Shown here piece by piece: positions 42,969 through 52,930 of a stretch of 64,000 nucleotides of DNA. A program made the position numbers and the translations under genes. Position 1 is the first letter of the stretch. The number at the start of each line of letters is the position of its first letter. The stretch is from an uncultured delta proteobacterium (lineage in GTDB: Bacteria; Desulfobacterota; Binatia; UBA9968): positions 96,001-160,000 of the forward strand of contig CAVWLW010000027.1 in NCBI GenBank assembly GCA_963755715.1, written 5' to 3'. The notes below the pieces were generated by a model. The model had not been told where the DNA came from and searched no databases. It worked only from the letters and a program-made list of their open reading frames with translations.

Positions 42969-44453
42969 ATGGCCACCGCACCTCGAGGTTCGTTTTCCAA
43001 TGCCAACCGCCACATGCAGGAGGAAGAAAAGCTTCAGCTCACCAGCGTCGGTGTCGACATCGGCTCTTCAACATCGCACCTGGTTTTTTCCCGGCTGGAA
43101 CTGACCCTCGAAGGTTCGCGTTATCGCGTCACCAAACGCGATGTCTTGAACGAATCGCAGATCCTGCTGACGCCTTATGTCGACGATACGAGAATCGACG
43201 TGGAAGCGCTGGAAACTTTTATCAACGAACAGTACAAGACCGCCAAGATCCGGCGTGAGGATGTCGACACCGGCGCGCTCATTCTCACCGGCGTCGCCGT
43301 GCGCCGGCGCAATGCTCGCGCCATCGCCGACCTCTTCGCTGAGGAGGCGGGCAAATTCGTGGCGGTAAGCGCAGGCGACGGTTTGGAGGCCACGATGGCG
43401 GCTCACGGCTCGGGCGCGGTGGCGCACTCAGAAAAAATGGGCGGCGTCGTCCTGAACATCGATGTCGGCGGCGGCACCAGCAAGTTTGCAATCTGTAATA
43501 ACGGCAAGGTTCAGGAAGTTTCCGCCATCGACGTAGGCGCACGCCTGCTCGCCTTCGACAAAGACGGCGCCATCGTGCGTATCGAGGAAGCCGGCCGCAA
43601 GCATGCCGGCTGGGCCGGATTTTCAGTGGCGCTCGGCGAAAAAATCGCCGAAGCAAACCTGCGCAAAATGGTCTCGGGCATGGTAGATAAACTATTTGCC
43701 ATGTTGAAGCCGCAATCCATCACCGAAGATATTAAAGAGCTTCTGCGCCTGTCGCCGCTGACCTACAAAGGGGAAATCGATTGCGTAATGTTTTCCGGCG
43801 GCGTGTCGGAGTTCATCTACAATCGCACCAAGACCAGTTTCGGCGATCTCGGACCATGGATCGCAGAAGAGGTGCACAAGCGCACGGGCGATTTGGGACT
43901 CCTCGTCATGGAACCCAACGCGCGAATTCGCGCCACGGTCATAGGCGCCTCGCAATATACCGTGCAGGTGAGCGGCAACACAGTCTTCATTTCGCCGGAA
44001 GACGCCGTTCCCGTGCGCAACGTCGCGGTCGTCGCGCCGGAGTTTCCGTTAAACGAAGATGATTTCACCAAAGATGCGGTCCGCGACGCGCTGCTAAATG
44101 CGTTACGACGCTTGGACTTACTACATGGACGCCAACCCGTAGCCGTTGCGTTTCATTGGGACGGCTCAGCGACATTCTCCCGTTTGCAGTCTTTCTGCAG
44201 TGGCGTCGCCGAAGGACTCAAAGATATCTTCGTCAAAGGCCACCCGCTAGTTTTGGTGAACGACGGCGACATCGGCGGTATTGTTGGATTACATTTTCAA
44301 GAAGAACTGCAGATGCAGACCCCGATCATCTCCATCGATGGCATCGCCCTCAGCGATTTCGACTACATCGACATCGGCGCGCTGATTCAATCGTCCGGCG
44401 CAGTGCCGGTCGTGATCAAATCCCTGATCTTTCCAGCTTCACCGCAACAATAA
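42969..44453 (+). CDS. EutA-like (ethanolamine ammonia-lyase reactivase family) ASKHA ATPase
   Basis: SVGVDIGSSTSHLVFSRL, TGALILTG...R.NA, FVAVSAG, NIDVGGGTS, FSGGV, IRATVIGA, DYIDIG, VPVVIKSL. Confidence 0.88.
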   Translation: MATAPRGSFSNANRHMQEEEKLQLTSVGVDIGSSTSHLVFSRLELTLEGSRYRVTKRDVLNESQILLTPYVDDTRIDVEALETFINEQYKTAKIRREDVDTGALILTGVAVRRRNARAIADLFAEEAGKFVAVSAGDGLEATMAAHGSGAVAHSEKMGGVVLNIDVGGGTSKFAICNNGKVQEVSAIDVGARLLAFDKDGAIVRIEEAGRKHAGWAGFSVALGEKIAEANLRKMVSGMVDKLFAMLKPQSITEDIKELLRLSPLTYKGEIDCVMFSGGVSEFIYNRTKTSFGDLGPWIAEEVHKRTGDLGLLVMEPNARIRATVIGASQYTVQVSGNTVFISPEDAVPVRNVAVVAPEFPLNEDDFTKDAVRDALLNALRRLDLLHGRQPVAVAFHWDGSATFSRLQSFCSGVAEGLKDIFVKGHPLVLVNDGDIGGIVGLHFQEELQMQTPIISIDGIALSDFDYIDIGALIQSSGAVPVVIKSLIFPASPQQ

Positions 44454-44487
44454 AAAGGCCGGGAAAGGTGACTCCTTCCCGGCTTTC
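44452..44487. terminator. Probable bidirectional intrinsic terminator
   Basis: AAAAA-GGCCGGGAAAGG-TGACT-CCTTCCCGGC-TTT between convergent genes. Confidence 0.65.
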
Positions 44488-44521
44488 AATGGCTTGAACG
44501 ATTTGCACCCGATGGAGTTTT

Positions 44522-45604
44522 TTAAACCCTAAAAAATCTTTTAGCATTCCCGCCCAACACCGCGGCTTTTTCTGAGTGCGTCAAATCCGGACGTTCCACG
44601 GTGTCGTGAATCATCTGCTTCGCCGCCACTAAATCGACTTCATGCGGATAGTCCGAAGCGTAGGAAAAAGCGTCGGCACCACATTGCTTGATCACGTACG
44701 GCAAAATCCATTCGTTGCCTTCGCAACCGACGAGCACCTGGCCACTGGCAAGATAGTCGTTGAGACTGCGCGAATGGCCAGTGCTGGTCGTGTAGACATT
44801 GTCGTCGCGATCCATGCGGTCCTTGAGCAGCAGAAGCCATGCGCAACCGCCTTCGAAGAACCCGATGTGCAAATCTCGATAGCGATCGAGCACGCCGTGA
44901 TAAACCAGCGACACGAATTCCAAAGCCAGCGGCACCGGATGACGCAACACCCGAGCGGCCCAGGGATCCGTAAAAGTATCGGCGCCGAGCCCGACGCTCG
45001 AGCCACCGTGAATTCCGAGAGCGCAGCCGAGACTGGCAGCTTCTTCATAGACCGGCCAGTAATAATCGTGGCCGAGATGCAGTGGCAAACCCCGCGACGG
45101 CAACATCGCGCCGGGAAGTTTTAGATCCAACACCAAGCGCCGCAGTTCTTTCACTGCTTCTTTGACGTCCTGCATGGCGATCAAACCCATCGGATGGAGC
45201 CGCGGATCGACCTTGCGGTAGCGTTCTGAAATATAATCGTTGAAGGCATGGCACACGCGTGTGGCGTAGTCGGCTTGCTGGAAGAAGCCTACCGAGAGTC
45301 CTTCGGATGGAAATAGCACGGCTTCCGAAACTCCCGCCTTTTCTAAGAAGGCGACCCAGTCCTCGCCCGAGCCTTTGCGATAGTTACTGGCATCGATCCG
45401 CGGCCGGCGTGGAGCTTCGACCTCGCCCGACTTGCGCACGTTGCGCGGGTAGTGAATATCATCGAGACTAGCGAAAACTCCCTGACGATTGCGCGACGGC
45501 GTCAGCGCCACGTCACGGTCGACGGGATCGAGAAACGGCGCCATCTCGGGGATCGATTCAATAATATGACCATCACAATCGAAGACGCTAATCGGGTCTG
45601 CCAT
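44522..45604 (-). CDS. Amidohydrolase_2 family protein
   Basis: DCDGH, FND, Y.PVYE.A..LG..LGIH, FFEGG..W, SDYPH, LGGNA.RFF. Confidence 0.9.
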   Translation of the reverse strand: MADPISVFDCDGHIIESIPEMAPFLDPVDRDVALTPSRNRQGVFASLDDIHYPRNVRKSGEVEAPRRPRIDASNYRKGSGEDWVAFLEKAGVSEAVLFPSEGLSVGFFQQADYATRVCHAFNDYISERYRKVDPRLHPMGLIAMQDVKEAVKELRRLVLDLKLPGAMLPSRGLPLHLGHDYYWPVYEEAASLGCALGIHGGSSVGLGADTFTDPWAARVLRHPVPLALEFVSLVYHGVLDRYRDLHIGFFEGGCAWLLLLKDRMDRDDNVYTTSTGHSRSLNDYLASGQVLVGCEGNEWILPYVIKQCGADAFSYASDYPHEVDLVAAKQMIHDTVERPDLTHSEKAAVLGGNAKRFFRV

Positions 45605-45965
45605 GTTACCTTCCTCCAAGATTTTTTTGTCTCCGCCAAGGATAAAATTTTTAGCACAAACCGACGGCGACAAAAAAGAGAGGCGATCGCTACTCGGATC
45701 GCGAAATGCTCGGCGGAAGCGAGCGGCCTACTGTTTTCTGAACGTCAACCTCAGCGCGTCGCGACGCTAGTCAAAATTGATTTTCGAAGGAGGCTTAAGA
45801 CCCATTCTTAGCCAATGAGAGACAATCTTTGACAAGAAATGACGGCGTCCAGCGCGAGCGGCGCAGTTTGGCGGCAAATGTTCAAATTCTTGATGAAACA
45901 GCGCTCATGCGGCTTGACTTTCTGGGCTGTTACGCTTAAAACGCGCCAAGATTGAGCACTTCACG

Positions 45966-46802
45966 ATGTCGAAGTACCGAGCGCGCCACTGCCCGAACTG
46001 CAATTATTTTGTCGGCTTCACCGTCGCGAGAAAGCATATCAAAGGCCGCCCGATCTCCATTACTAATTTTTGTTTGAATTGCAACTATAAGCTGCCGGTG
46101 TATAGTATTGTTCGCGGGATTCGAACGCCGACCCGGGTCTCGCGCCGAACCACGCTGCGTTTGGTGCGCGGCAAACCGGAATTGTCTGGGCTCGATTTTG
46201 TCGGCCGAAATCGGAACCATGCGATGGACGTAAGAATCAGCCCCGCGGATTATGCCCGCCATTTACGGGCCATCGGACAGGACTTAGAGAATCTCCATCT
46301 TACAACGTTCAACTTGGAATACGTCGGCGATGCCTATCTGGTCTGGGTGCGAGCGGACGAGCAGACTGAAAACAACAACCCACTTTTTCGGATCAGCAAG
46401 AATCGCCTGCAGAAGCTGTGGCGCAACAAAATGCCGCCGCGCACGCTTGGCCACGAAGAACCGTCCCCTCTTTCCACAACTCAAACCGGCAAACGGTTAC
46501 GCTATGCAATACCGGAATTAGATCGAATCGAAAGAGAGCAACGGGCGCGTCGTCGCCAACAAAGCGGCAATGCCGATGGCCACTGTTTATCGCAATTGCT
46601 CCGAACCGTAGGCGATCTTGTCAGCCAAAGGGGCAACCGCCTGCTGGGCATCGCCTGGCAGGAGCTTTCGGTCAGCGTGGTGATTGAAACGCCGCATGGG
46701 CGCAAAGAAATAGACGTCTTTCGGCCGGATAATTTGTACGATCTCTGGGTGAGGATGTATCTGAAGCGGGATAACCGCGCTTTCCTCGACACGCCGCACT
46801 AA
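45966..46802 (+). CDS. Hypothetical protein with possible N-terminal zinc ribbon
   Basis: 278-aa ORF; CPNC...CLNC; start may be downstream at MDVRISP. Confidence 0.6.
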   Translation: MSKYRARHCPNCNYFVGFTVARKHIKGRPISITNFCLNCNYKLPVYSIVRGIRTPTRVSRRTTLRLVRGKPELSGLDFVGRNRNHAMDVRISPADYARHLRAIGQDLENLHLTTFNLEYVGDAYLVWVRADEQTENNNPLFRISKNRLQKLWRNKMPPRTLGHEEPSPLSTTQTGKRLRYAIPELDRIEREQRARRRQQSGNADGHCLSQLLRTVGDLVSQRGNRLLGIAWQELSVSVVIETPHGRKEIDVFRPDNLYDLWVRMYLKRDNRAFLDTPH

Positions 46803-46841
46803 GTTATCGATCCGCCGGCGTGAGCCCGGCGTCTTGAACTC

Positions 46842-48731
46842 TTATCGAGAATCCGCTCCAAAGTTTTCACTGGCCGTCGGCAATAAAAGTTGCTCATGCG
46901 CCGCGGCATTGCCGTGCAAAGGTGCGGGAATTTGAAAAATGAAGGTCGTTCCCTCGCCCACGCGACTGTGGACTTCTATGTTACCGCCTAAGAGGTCGAG
47001 GTATTTCTTGACAATATACAATCCCAGTCCGACGCCGCCGTGCTCCATTCCGGTGTGCCTTTCGCCTTGTCGGAACTTTTCGAAGATTTTGGGAATATTC
47101 TCCTCGGGAATGCCTACGCCGGTATCGCTGATCTTGAACTCGAGGCGCTGTTTCCCCGCTAGATAGCGCACCGCGATCATCACTGTGCCCTGCTGGGTAA
47201 ATTTGAGCGCGTTGCCGACCAAGTTTTCCAGCATGCGTCTGAGCTTGGCCCGGTCCCCTTCTACCGAGGGCAGATCGGCCGGATAGTTCCAGACCAACTT
47301 CACCCCTGTCGCGAGCGGATAGTCGTAAAATGTTCTTAGTTCCGAGCAAAACTCCCATAGATTAATCTCATGAAGCTCGACGTGCAGCTTCTCCGCCTCC
47401 ATGCTGCTCACCTGGAGTACGGTGTTGATCAAGCCATGCAGCTCTTTGGACTGGCGCGCGACAGTTTCGATCGCCTTTTCTTGAATGGGCGTGATTTCAC
47501 CCAACAGCCCTTCCAAAAACATTTCCGAGTATCCGGTAATCACGTTTAATGGTGTCTTGAGCTGGGTCGAGACGACTTTCAAAAATTCGTCCTTGATCTT
47601 GTGCGCGTCGGTCAGCTCTTCGGATTGGCGCTGGCTGCGGTCGTAAAGCTCGGAATGATGGATTGCAATGGCCGCTTGGCCGGCGAGAGTCGATATAAAA
47701 TCAATTTCTTCCGGGTTAAACTCGTGCTCTTCTCGGGTTAGAAACAGCAAGCACCCAAGGACTTCATTGTTGGCAACGAGCGGAACACAGAGAAAAGAAA
47801 CTAGTCCCTCCCCCTCGAAGAAAGCGAGATTTGACACCTGCCGATCGGTAAAAACGTTTCGAACTTTCAGCGGAGCGGGATCGTCGAGGACACGGTCCGT
47901 GAAGGCCAGGGAATCCTTCCCGTTGCTCAGAGTCTTACTTTTAAATCCTCGCGCCGCGGTAGTTTCGAGCACGCCGGCGTGTCTGAGTCTGATAACTGCG
48001 GCGGCATAAGGCAGATGAATGAGCGCGGTCTCCAAGAAAGCCGAGAGTATATCAGCTTTGTCGATGGTCGAGGCAACCGACATATTGACTTGGTGCAGCA
48101 CTTCCAACCGTTCGCGCTGGCGGCGAATCTCCTCGGCGGCCTTTTGTTGCCTTGTTATTTGCTCTTCTTTGTCGCGCGCGGTACGGCGTATTCGCTCGAC
48201 TTGGGCGAAATAACCATAGAACAAAGAGATCACGAAGGGAAAAGGCAAACGCAAATAGACGTTCGGATCTAAATATGCGGCGCTGTTGAAAACAAAATAG
48301 GCGTAGGCGAGCGGCGCTAAGATCGTCACCATTAGCAAGCCACGAGCATCGTTGCAGATGACGCTCAGGACCACAGTCAGCAAACAAGCGATGTAAAAGT
48401 CCGGACTTGCCGCGCCGCTGGTGCTCAGAACCACGCCGAGGACGATGGTATCGAAAAGCAGAAGGGGGGCGTAAAAATAGGGCGAATCAAACAGATCGTC
48501 GGCCAAAAAATACAGAGTCGAGTGGCTGAGCAGGTAGAGAATCAGAACCGCCTGTATCTGAGTGGCCGTCAGCCATTCGCTCGGCGAATAGTAAAGCAGA
48601 TACGATGAGAGGATCACTAACGGCCAACGCAGGCGAATAACCGTATCCTTTTTCGCAACATCAAAAAACCGGTCCAAACTGCGCAGAGGCCGATCAGTCA
48701 ATGACGATTCAATGGTTGAGGTTTTTTCCAC
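46842..48731 (-). CDS. Membrane GAF-domain sensor histidine kinase-like protein with degenerate H-box
   Basis: TM region, GAF (FLCVPL...F.PEE...LAGQAAIAI), STQLKTPL, NLVGNALKFT, DTGVGI, GGVGLGL. Confidence 0.9.
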   Translation of the reverse strand: MEKTSTIESSLTDRPLRSLDRFFDVAKKDTVIRLRWPLVILSSYLLYYSPSEWLTATQIQAVLILYLLSHSTLYFLADDLFDSPYFYAPLLLFDTIVLGVVLSTSGAASPDFYIACLLTVVLSVICNDARGLLMVTILAPLAYAYFVFNSAAYLDPNVYLRLPFPFVISLFYGYFAQVERIRRTARDKEEQITRQQKAAEEIRRQRERLEVLHQVNMSVASTIDKADILSAFLETALIHLPYAAAVIRLRHAGVLETTAARGFKSKTLSNGKDSLAFTDRVLDDPAPLKVRNVFTDRQVSNLAFFEGEGLVSFLCVPLVANNEVLGCLLFLTREEHEFNPEEIDFISTLAGQAAIAIHHSELYDRSQRQSEELTDAHKIKDEFLKVVSTQLKTPLNVITGYSEMFLEGLLGEITPIQEKAIETVARQSKELHGLINTVLQVSSMEAEKLHVELHEINLWEFCSELRTFYDYPLATGVKLVWNYPADLPSVEGDRAKLRRMLENLVGNALKFTQQGTVMIAVRYLAGKQRLEFKISDTGVGIPEENIPKIFEKFRQGERHTGMEHGGVGLGLYIVKKYLDLLGGNIEVHSRVGEGTTFIFQIPAPLHGNAAAHEQLLLPTASENFGADSR

Positions 48732-48764
48732 AAATTACAATCCGCTATTTTTTCAATGAATTAG

Positions 48765-48780
48765 TGCATATAACATGCCA
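48765..48780 (-). promoter_or_regulatory. Putative sigma54 promoter of the sensor gene
   Basis: Minus strand TGGCATGTTATATGCA, GG-N10-GC, about 35 nt upstream of the start. Confidence 0.55.
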
Positions 48781-48993
48781 GAGGCTCGCTAAAATCGCCT
48801 GTTGTCACCAGGCAATTTTTTCAAATAATTTAGATAGTTGTCTGCGCGCAAACGAAGACTGAAGGAGGTTTCCGGCTGGCCGCGGTACAAATCACCTCAG
48901 CGCAGCACAATTTTGTCGCTAGGTTTACTTTGTTGCGCGCTTAATGGAAGTGACAAGAATAAATGGGAAGAGACGAGGGAACTTTACTCGGAT

Positions 48994-49473
48994 CTATCGC
49001 GCAGAGTCTGCTATTCGTGTTTGTGCGAGCCGCACCGCGCGCAAAATATCCGCATAGCCGGCGCAGCGGCACAGGTTCCCGGACAGATACTCGCGGATTT
49101 CGTCGTCTGACGGATGTGGTTTTTCATCTAGGAACGCCTTTATGGAGAGTATAAACCCGGGTGTGCAGTAAGCGCATTGCAAGGCGCGCTCCTCGACGAA
49201 GGCTTCTTGAATGCAATGAAGTGAGCTCCCATCACCGAGACCTTCCAGTGTCGTAATCGCATGGTCCGCGGCGCGAACCGCAAGCAAGAAGCAGGAGCTG
49301 ACCGGCTTGCCGTCCAACAGCACCGTGCAACTCCCGCAAGCGCCCACTCCACAGCTCTCGCGCACGCTCCAGAGTTTTAGTCGATCGCGCAAGACTTCGA
49401 GAAGCGTATCGGCGTCGTCGACCGTCAATGTCTCCCGCCGCAGGTTCACTGTAACGACAATCTCTCGCTTCAT
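48994..49473 (-). CDS. CoxS/XdhC-like [2Fe-2S] subunit of a molybdenum hydroxylase
   Basis: CGVGACGSC..C, QCAYCTPG, GNLCRC. Confidence 0.93.
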   Translation of the reverse strand: MKREIVVTVNLRRETLTVDDADTLLEVLRDRLKLWSVRESCGVGACGSCTVLLDGKPVSSCFLLAVRAADHAITTLEGLGDGSSLHCIQEAFVEERALQCAYCTPGFILSIKAFLDEKPHPSDDEIREYLSGNLCRCAGYADILRAVRLAQTRIADSAR

Positions 49474-49591
49474 AGCACTCGGTTCTTTGTATTCATGATT
49501 ATCGCCGCTTCCCGACGCCCGCGCTTGGCCTCCGACGAGTTATATAAAGTCGCGGCTACATTCGTTTTAACGACTCAAGCCACCAATTCGC

Positions 49592-50455
49592 TCAACTGAA
49601 AGCGCTGTTCAATTGATCGATTGCCTTTTTTACAAACAATCGTGCCATTCGGCGCTTGTACCATTCCGAGCCGCGCAGATCGGCGAACGGCGATATTTGC
49701 TGCTCGACTTTTTCGAGTAGCTTCTCAGTCAGAGCGTCGTCGAGACTCTGGTCATTGGCGAAGTCCAGCCCGTCAATTAACACCGGTGTCGACGCCACGC
49801 CGCCGAGAGCGATCCGCACCTCTTGGCAGCGCCCGTTTTCTTTCCTTAAAAACGCGGCCACGCCCAAGCACGGCCAGTCATTGGCCGACAACGCGGTATA
49901 GCGCAAGTAAACCGCTCGACTATTCGGCGGCATAAAGGGAACCCTGACATCGACCAAGAGTTCGGCCGGTTCCAGGGCCGTTTCATAGATGCCGCGGAAA
50001 AAATTCTTGAGCGGAATCACCCGCGAACCTTTTGGACCGAATGCTTGGACTTCCGCGCCGAGCACCAGAAGGGCCGGGGGTGGGTCGAGACGATAATCGC
50101 CATGGGCGAGATTGCCGCCCACCGACGCCGTCTGCCGCACTCGCACATTGCCGATTTGGCAAAACGCATCAGCGACTACCGGAAGCGCCTCGCGAATCAG
50201 GGTGGAGCATTCGACCGTGCGATGTGTCGCCAGAGCGCCAATGCGCACTCCGTCCGGCTCCCGCTTGATCTCGTTTAGGCCGGGTATCGTTTGTAGATCG
50301 ACGAGGTAGGGATAATAAAGCGCGCGCTGCTTCATCAAGATGACCAGTGTCGTGCCACCGCCCAGAGCGCGGGCATTATCACCATGCTTGGCGAGCATCT
50401 CGACCGCCTCGGATAAAGAGCGCGGCCGCAAAAGATCGAAGGATCGGATCGTCAT
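49592..50455 (-). CDS. CoxM/XdhB-like FAD-binding subunit
   Basis: P.SLSEA, GGTTL, IGAL.TH, VRQTASVGGNL, DLRGS..YK. Confidence 0.92.
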   Translation of the reverse strand: MTIRSFDLLRPRSLSEAVEMLAKHGDNARALGGGTTLVILMKQRALYYPYLVDLQTIPGLNEIKREPDGVRIGALATHRTVECSTLIREALPVVADAFCQIGNVRVRQTASVGGNLAHGDYRLDPPPALLVLGAEVQAFGPKGSRVIPLKNFFRGIYETALEPAELLVDVRVPFMPPNSRAVYLRYTALSANDWPCLGVAAFLRKENGRCQEVRIALGGVASTPVLIDGLDFANDQSLDDALTEKLLEKVEQQISPFADLRGSEWYKRRMARLFVKKAIDQLNSAFS

Positions 50456-50628
50456 GACGGATAAGTTCGCACCTAACCTGCTTGATCGAGATAAGTCAAG
50501 TTACCTGGCATGATTTGACTCGGTCCGTCACCGTAATCCGAAAGTCCAAATTCGAAACTCCTGTCCTCGGCAGTTGACAGCCGCAACTAACTTTGAGAAG
50601 AATCCGACTCAATAGGAGGATAACGACC

Positions 50629-51441
50629 ATGTTTACCAGCATTCGACATATCGCCGTGTTGACGGAAAATTGGGACCGCGAAGCCAAGTTTTATCAAACG
50701 ATCTTCGGCATGAAGAAAATTACCAACGGCATGACCGATGAAAAGGGCGAATACAACAAAGACCGCGGCCATTTGAGCGACGGAGTCATCGGCCTCGCCC
50801 TCCTGCAGCGTCAACCCGGTTCTAGATCGGGTCTGGATCATTTCGGCTTTGCCGTGGAAAATGTCCAGACTGTCCGTGATCGCATTAAAGAATCTTACCC
50901 CGAAATCTACATTCACGAGAGCCCAGGCCATGTGCCGTTTGCCGGCTTGCGCGGCCACGACCCGGACGGCAACCAATACGACCTTTCGCAAAAAGGCATG
51001 GCCAACGTGCGCGAAGGCTACGTCGAATTCGGCTGGGAACAGCCGCGCTGGATCAATCACGTCTGCATCCGCAGCGGCCGCCCGGCGCATATCGCCGAGT
51101 TCTATCAGAAAGTTTTCGATTTGCAGCCCGTCGAGGGAATGTCCGGCGACAACAGCTACTATCTTACCGACGGTAAAGTGAATCTTGCGATCCGTCCTTG
51201 GGACATGATCCAATACCGCGGCCACATGGCGGGCCTAGATCACTTCGGTTTCAAGGTCGACGATTTAGCACAAACGAAAAAGGATCTTGACGCCCTGGCT
51301 GCCTCCTCGCCCGCTTCCGCGCCGAGAAAAATCGCCATCGGCCGCGAGGGCGAAACGCGCCAGAAAAACCTCGAAGGCTGCAAGCTGTGCAAGCAAAGTC
51401 TCGCCGATCCGGACGGCGTGCTGCTGGATTTGACGGACTGA
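50629..51441 (+). CDS. Two-domain VOC/glyoxalase family protein
   Basis: IRHIAV, GLDHFGF twice, DPDG twice. Confidence 0.85.
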   Translation: MFTSIRHIAVLTENWDREAKFYQTIFGMKKITNGMTDEKGEYNKDRGHLSDGVIGLALLQRQPGSRSGLDHFGFAVENVQTVRDRIKESYPEIYIHESPGHVPFAGLRGHDPDGNQYDLSQKGMANVREGYVEFGWEQPRWINHVCIRSGRPAHIAEFYQKVFDLQPVEGMSGDNSYYLTDGKVNLAIRPWDMIQYRGHMAGLDHFGFKVDDLAQTKKDLDALAASSPASAPRKIAIGREGETRQKNLEGCKLCKQSLADPDGVLLDLTD

Positions 51442-51515
51442 GATATCGTGGAGTTGCTAACCGGCGTGGAAGCGTTCAACTTGGCCGAAAGACACAAAGC
51501 TTGGGAGGAGGATTC

Positions 51516-51872
51516 ATGGAGTTTGCCAACATCAATGACACCATGCGCACGGCCAAGGATGAAGAGAAACGATTTATTCCGCTCTTCGGCTCAGAGACGT
51601 TTCGCTCCTGGATACTCTATTTCCGGCCGGGCGAACACACCGACATGCATTTCCATATGTCGCCGGAAACCTTTCTCGTACTCGAGGGCAAAGCGTCGGT
51701 CAAAGGGCTCAAAGGCGAAGACCGGATTTTGGAGAAAAACGAGATCGTATTTTTCGGCGCCAAAGACTATTATCAGATCACCAACGTCGGCACTGAACCG
51801 CTGGTGCTCGTGGGCAACCGTTCCGAGTCTTTCGGCGGTGCCCACGTGACCGCCGAAGAAAAGTCTTCATAG
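51516..51872 (+). CDS. Cupin domain protein
   Basis: PGE....HFH...E.F.VLEG, N.G.EPL; GGAGG RBS. Confidence 0.85.
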   Translation: MEFANINDTMRTAKDEEKRFIPLFGSETFRSWILYFRPGEHTDMHFHMSPETFLVLEGKASVKGLKGEDRILEKNEIVFFGAKDYYQITNVGTEPLVLVGNRSESFGGAHVTAEEKSS

Positions 51873-51906
51873 CCTCCGAAAACCGCACGAAGAGCCGCGT
51901 GCCGGA

Positions 51907-52884
51907 ATGAGCAAGCGTGTCGCGTTTCCCCTGTTCTTTTCGTTAGCCCTATTCGTAATTACGCCCGCGACATCGCGCGGCATTCAGGAAATTAAAATCG
52001 CCTCGACGGGTCCCGGCGTTAGCACGCTGCCGCTCGAAATGGCCACACGAAAGGGTTTTTTCCGCGATGAGGGCCTCGATGTTCTGACGATCACGATGAG
52101 AACGAATATCGCGGTCAACGCGCTTCTAACCCGCAGCGTCGACTATGCTACGCCGAGCACTTCGGCGATCAAGGCCGCCACTGCCGGATTGCCGGTCAAA
52201 TTGATCGCTGTATTGTTGGGGCGCCCCGATTACTTTCTCACGGTAAAGAAAGAGATTAGATCGCTAAAGGACTTGAAGGGTAAACGCGTTGCCATTGGCA
52301 CTTTCGGCGCTGCCGCCGATTTGGCGCTGCGCACGGTCGCGAAACAGGATGGCTTGGACCCCGATCGCGATCTCATTCGTTTACAGATGGGCGGAGCCGC
52401 TTCTCGCTACGCTGCTCTGATCGCCGGAAGCGTAGACGCAACGATTTTAACGCTGCCGTATAACTTGCAAGCGGAAAAGGCCGGTTACAAAGACTTGCTC
52501 TGGTTCGGCGAGCGCATGGAATTGCCCTTATCCGGGCTTGTAGCCCGCGACGAAACTATTCAAAAAAATCCAAAGCAAGTTCTCGCGGTCGTGCGCGCGG
52601 TCTTTCGCGCCATGAGCTTTGCAGGCGCCAATCGCGAAGAAACCACGCAAATAATCGTCAACTGGCTCAAAGTAGACCAGGAAGTCGCCGCCAAAAGTTA
52701 CGACCTCGGCAAAAACAGTTGGTCCGCCGGCGGAATCGTCTCGGACGCAGCGGTGAAAGTATTGGTCGATCAAGCGATATTGGAGATCAAGGGCAAAGAC
52801 GCCGTCCCGCTCGACAAAGTCCGTACCTGGAGCTTCGCCGAACAAGCGCGGCGGGAGTTGGCGAACGCAGGAATAGCGCGATAA
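51907..52884 (+). CDS. ABC substrate-binding protein (SsuA/NMT1 family)
   Basis: KGFF.DEGLDV, DLKGK.VAI, GLDPDRD, AL..G.VDA. Confidence 0.88.
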   Translation: MSKRVAFPLFFSLALFVITPATSRGIQEIKIASTGPGVSTLPLEMATRKGFFRDEGLDVLTITMRTNIAVNALLTRSVDYATPSTSAIKAATAGLPVKLIAVLLGRPDYFLTVKKEIRSLKDLKGKRVAIGTFGAAADLALRTVAKQDGLDPDRDLIRLQMGGAASRYAALIAGSVDATILTLPYNLQAEKAGYKDLLWFGERMELPLSGLVARDETIQKNPKQVLAVVRAVFRAMSFAGANREETTQIIVNWLKVDQEVAAKSYDLGKNSWSAGGIVSDAAVKVLVDQAILEIKGKDAVPLDKVRTWSFAEQARRELANAGIAR

Positions 52885-52930
52885 GCGCCTCTCGTATTCG
52901 CAGGTCGATGGATATGTAGGCCGGAGCGGA

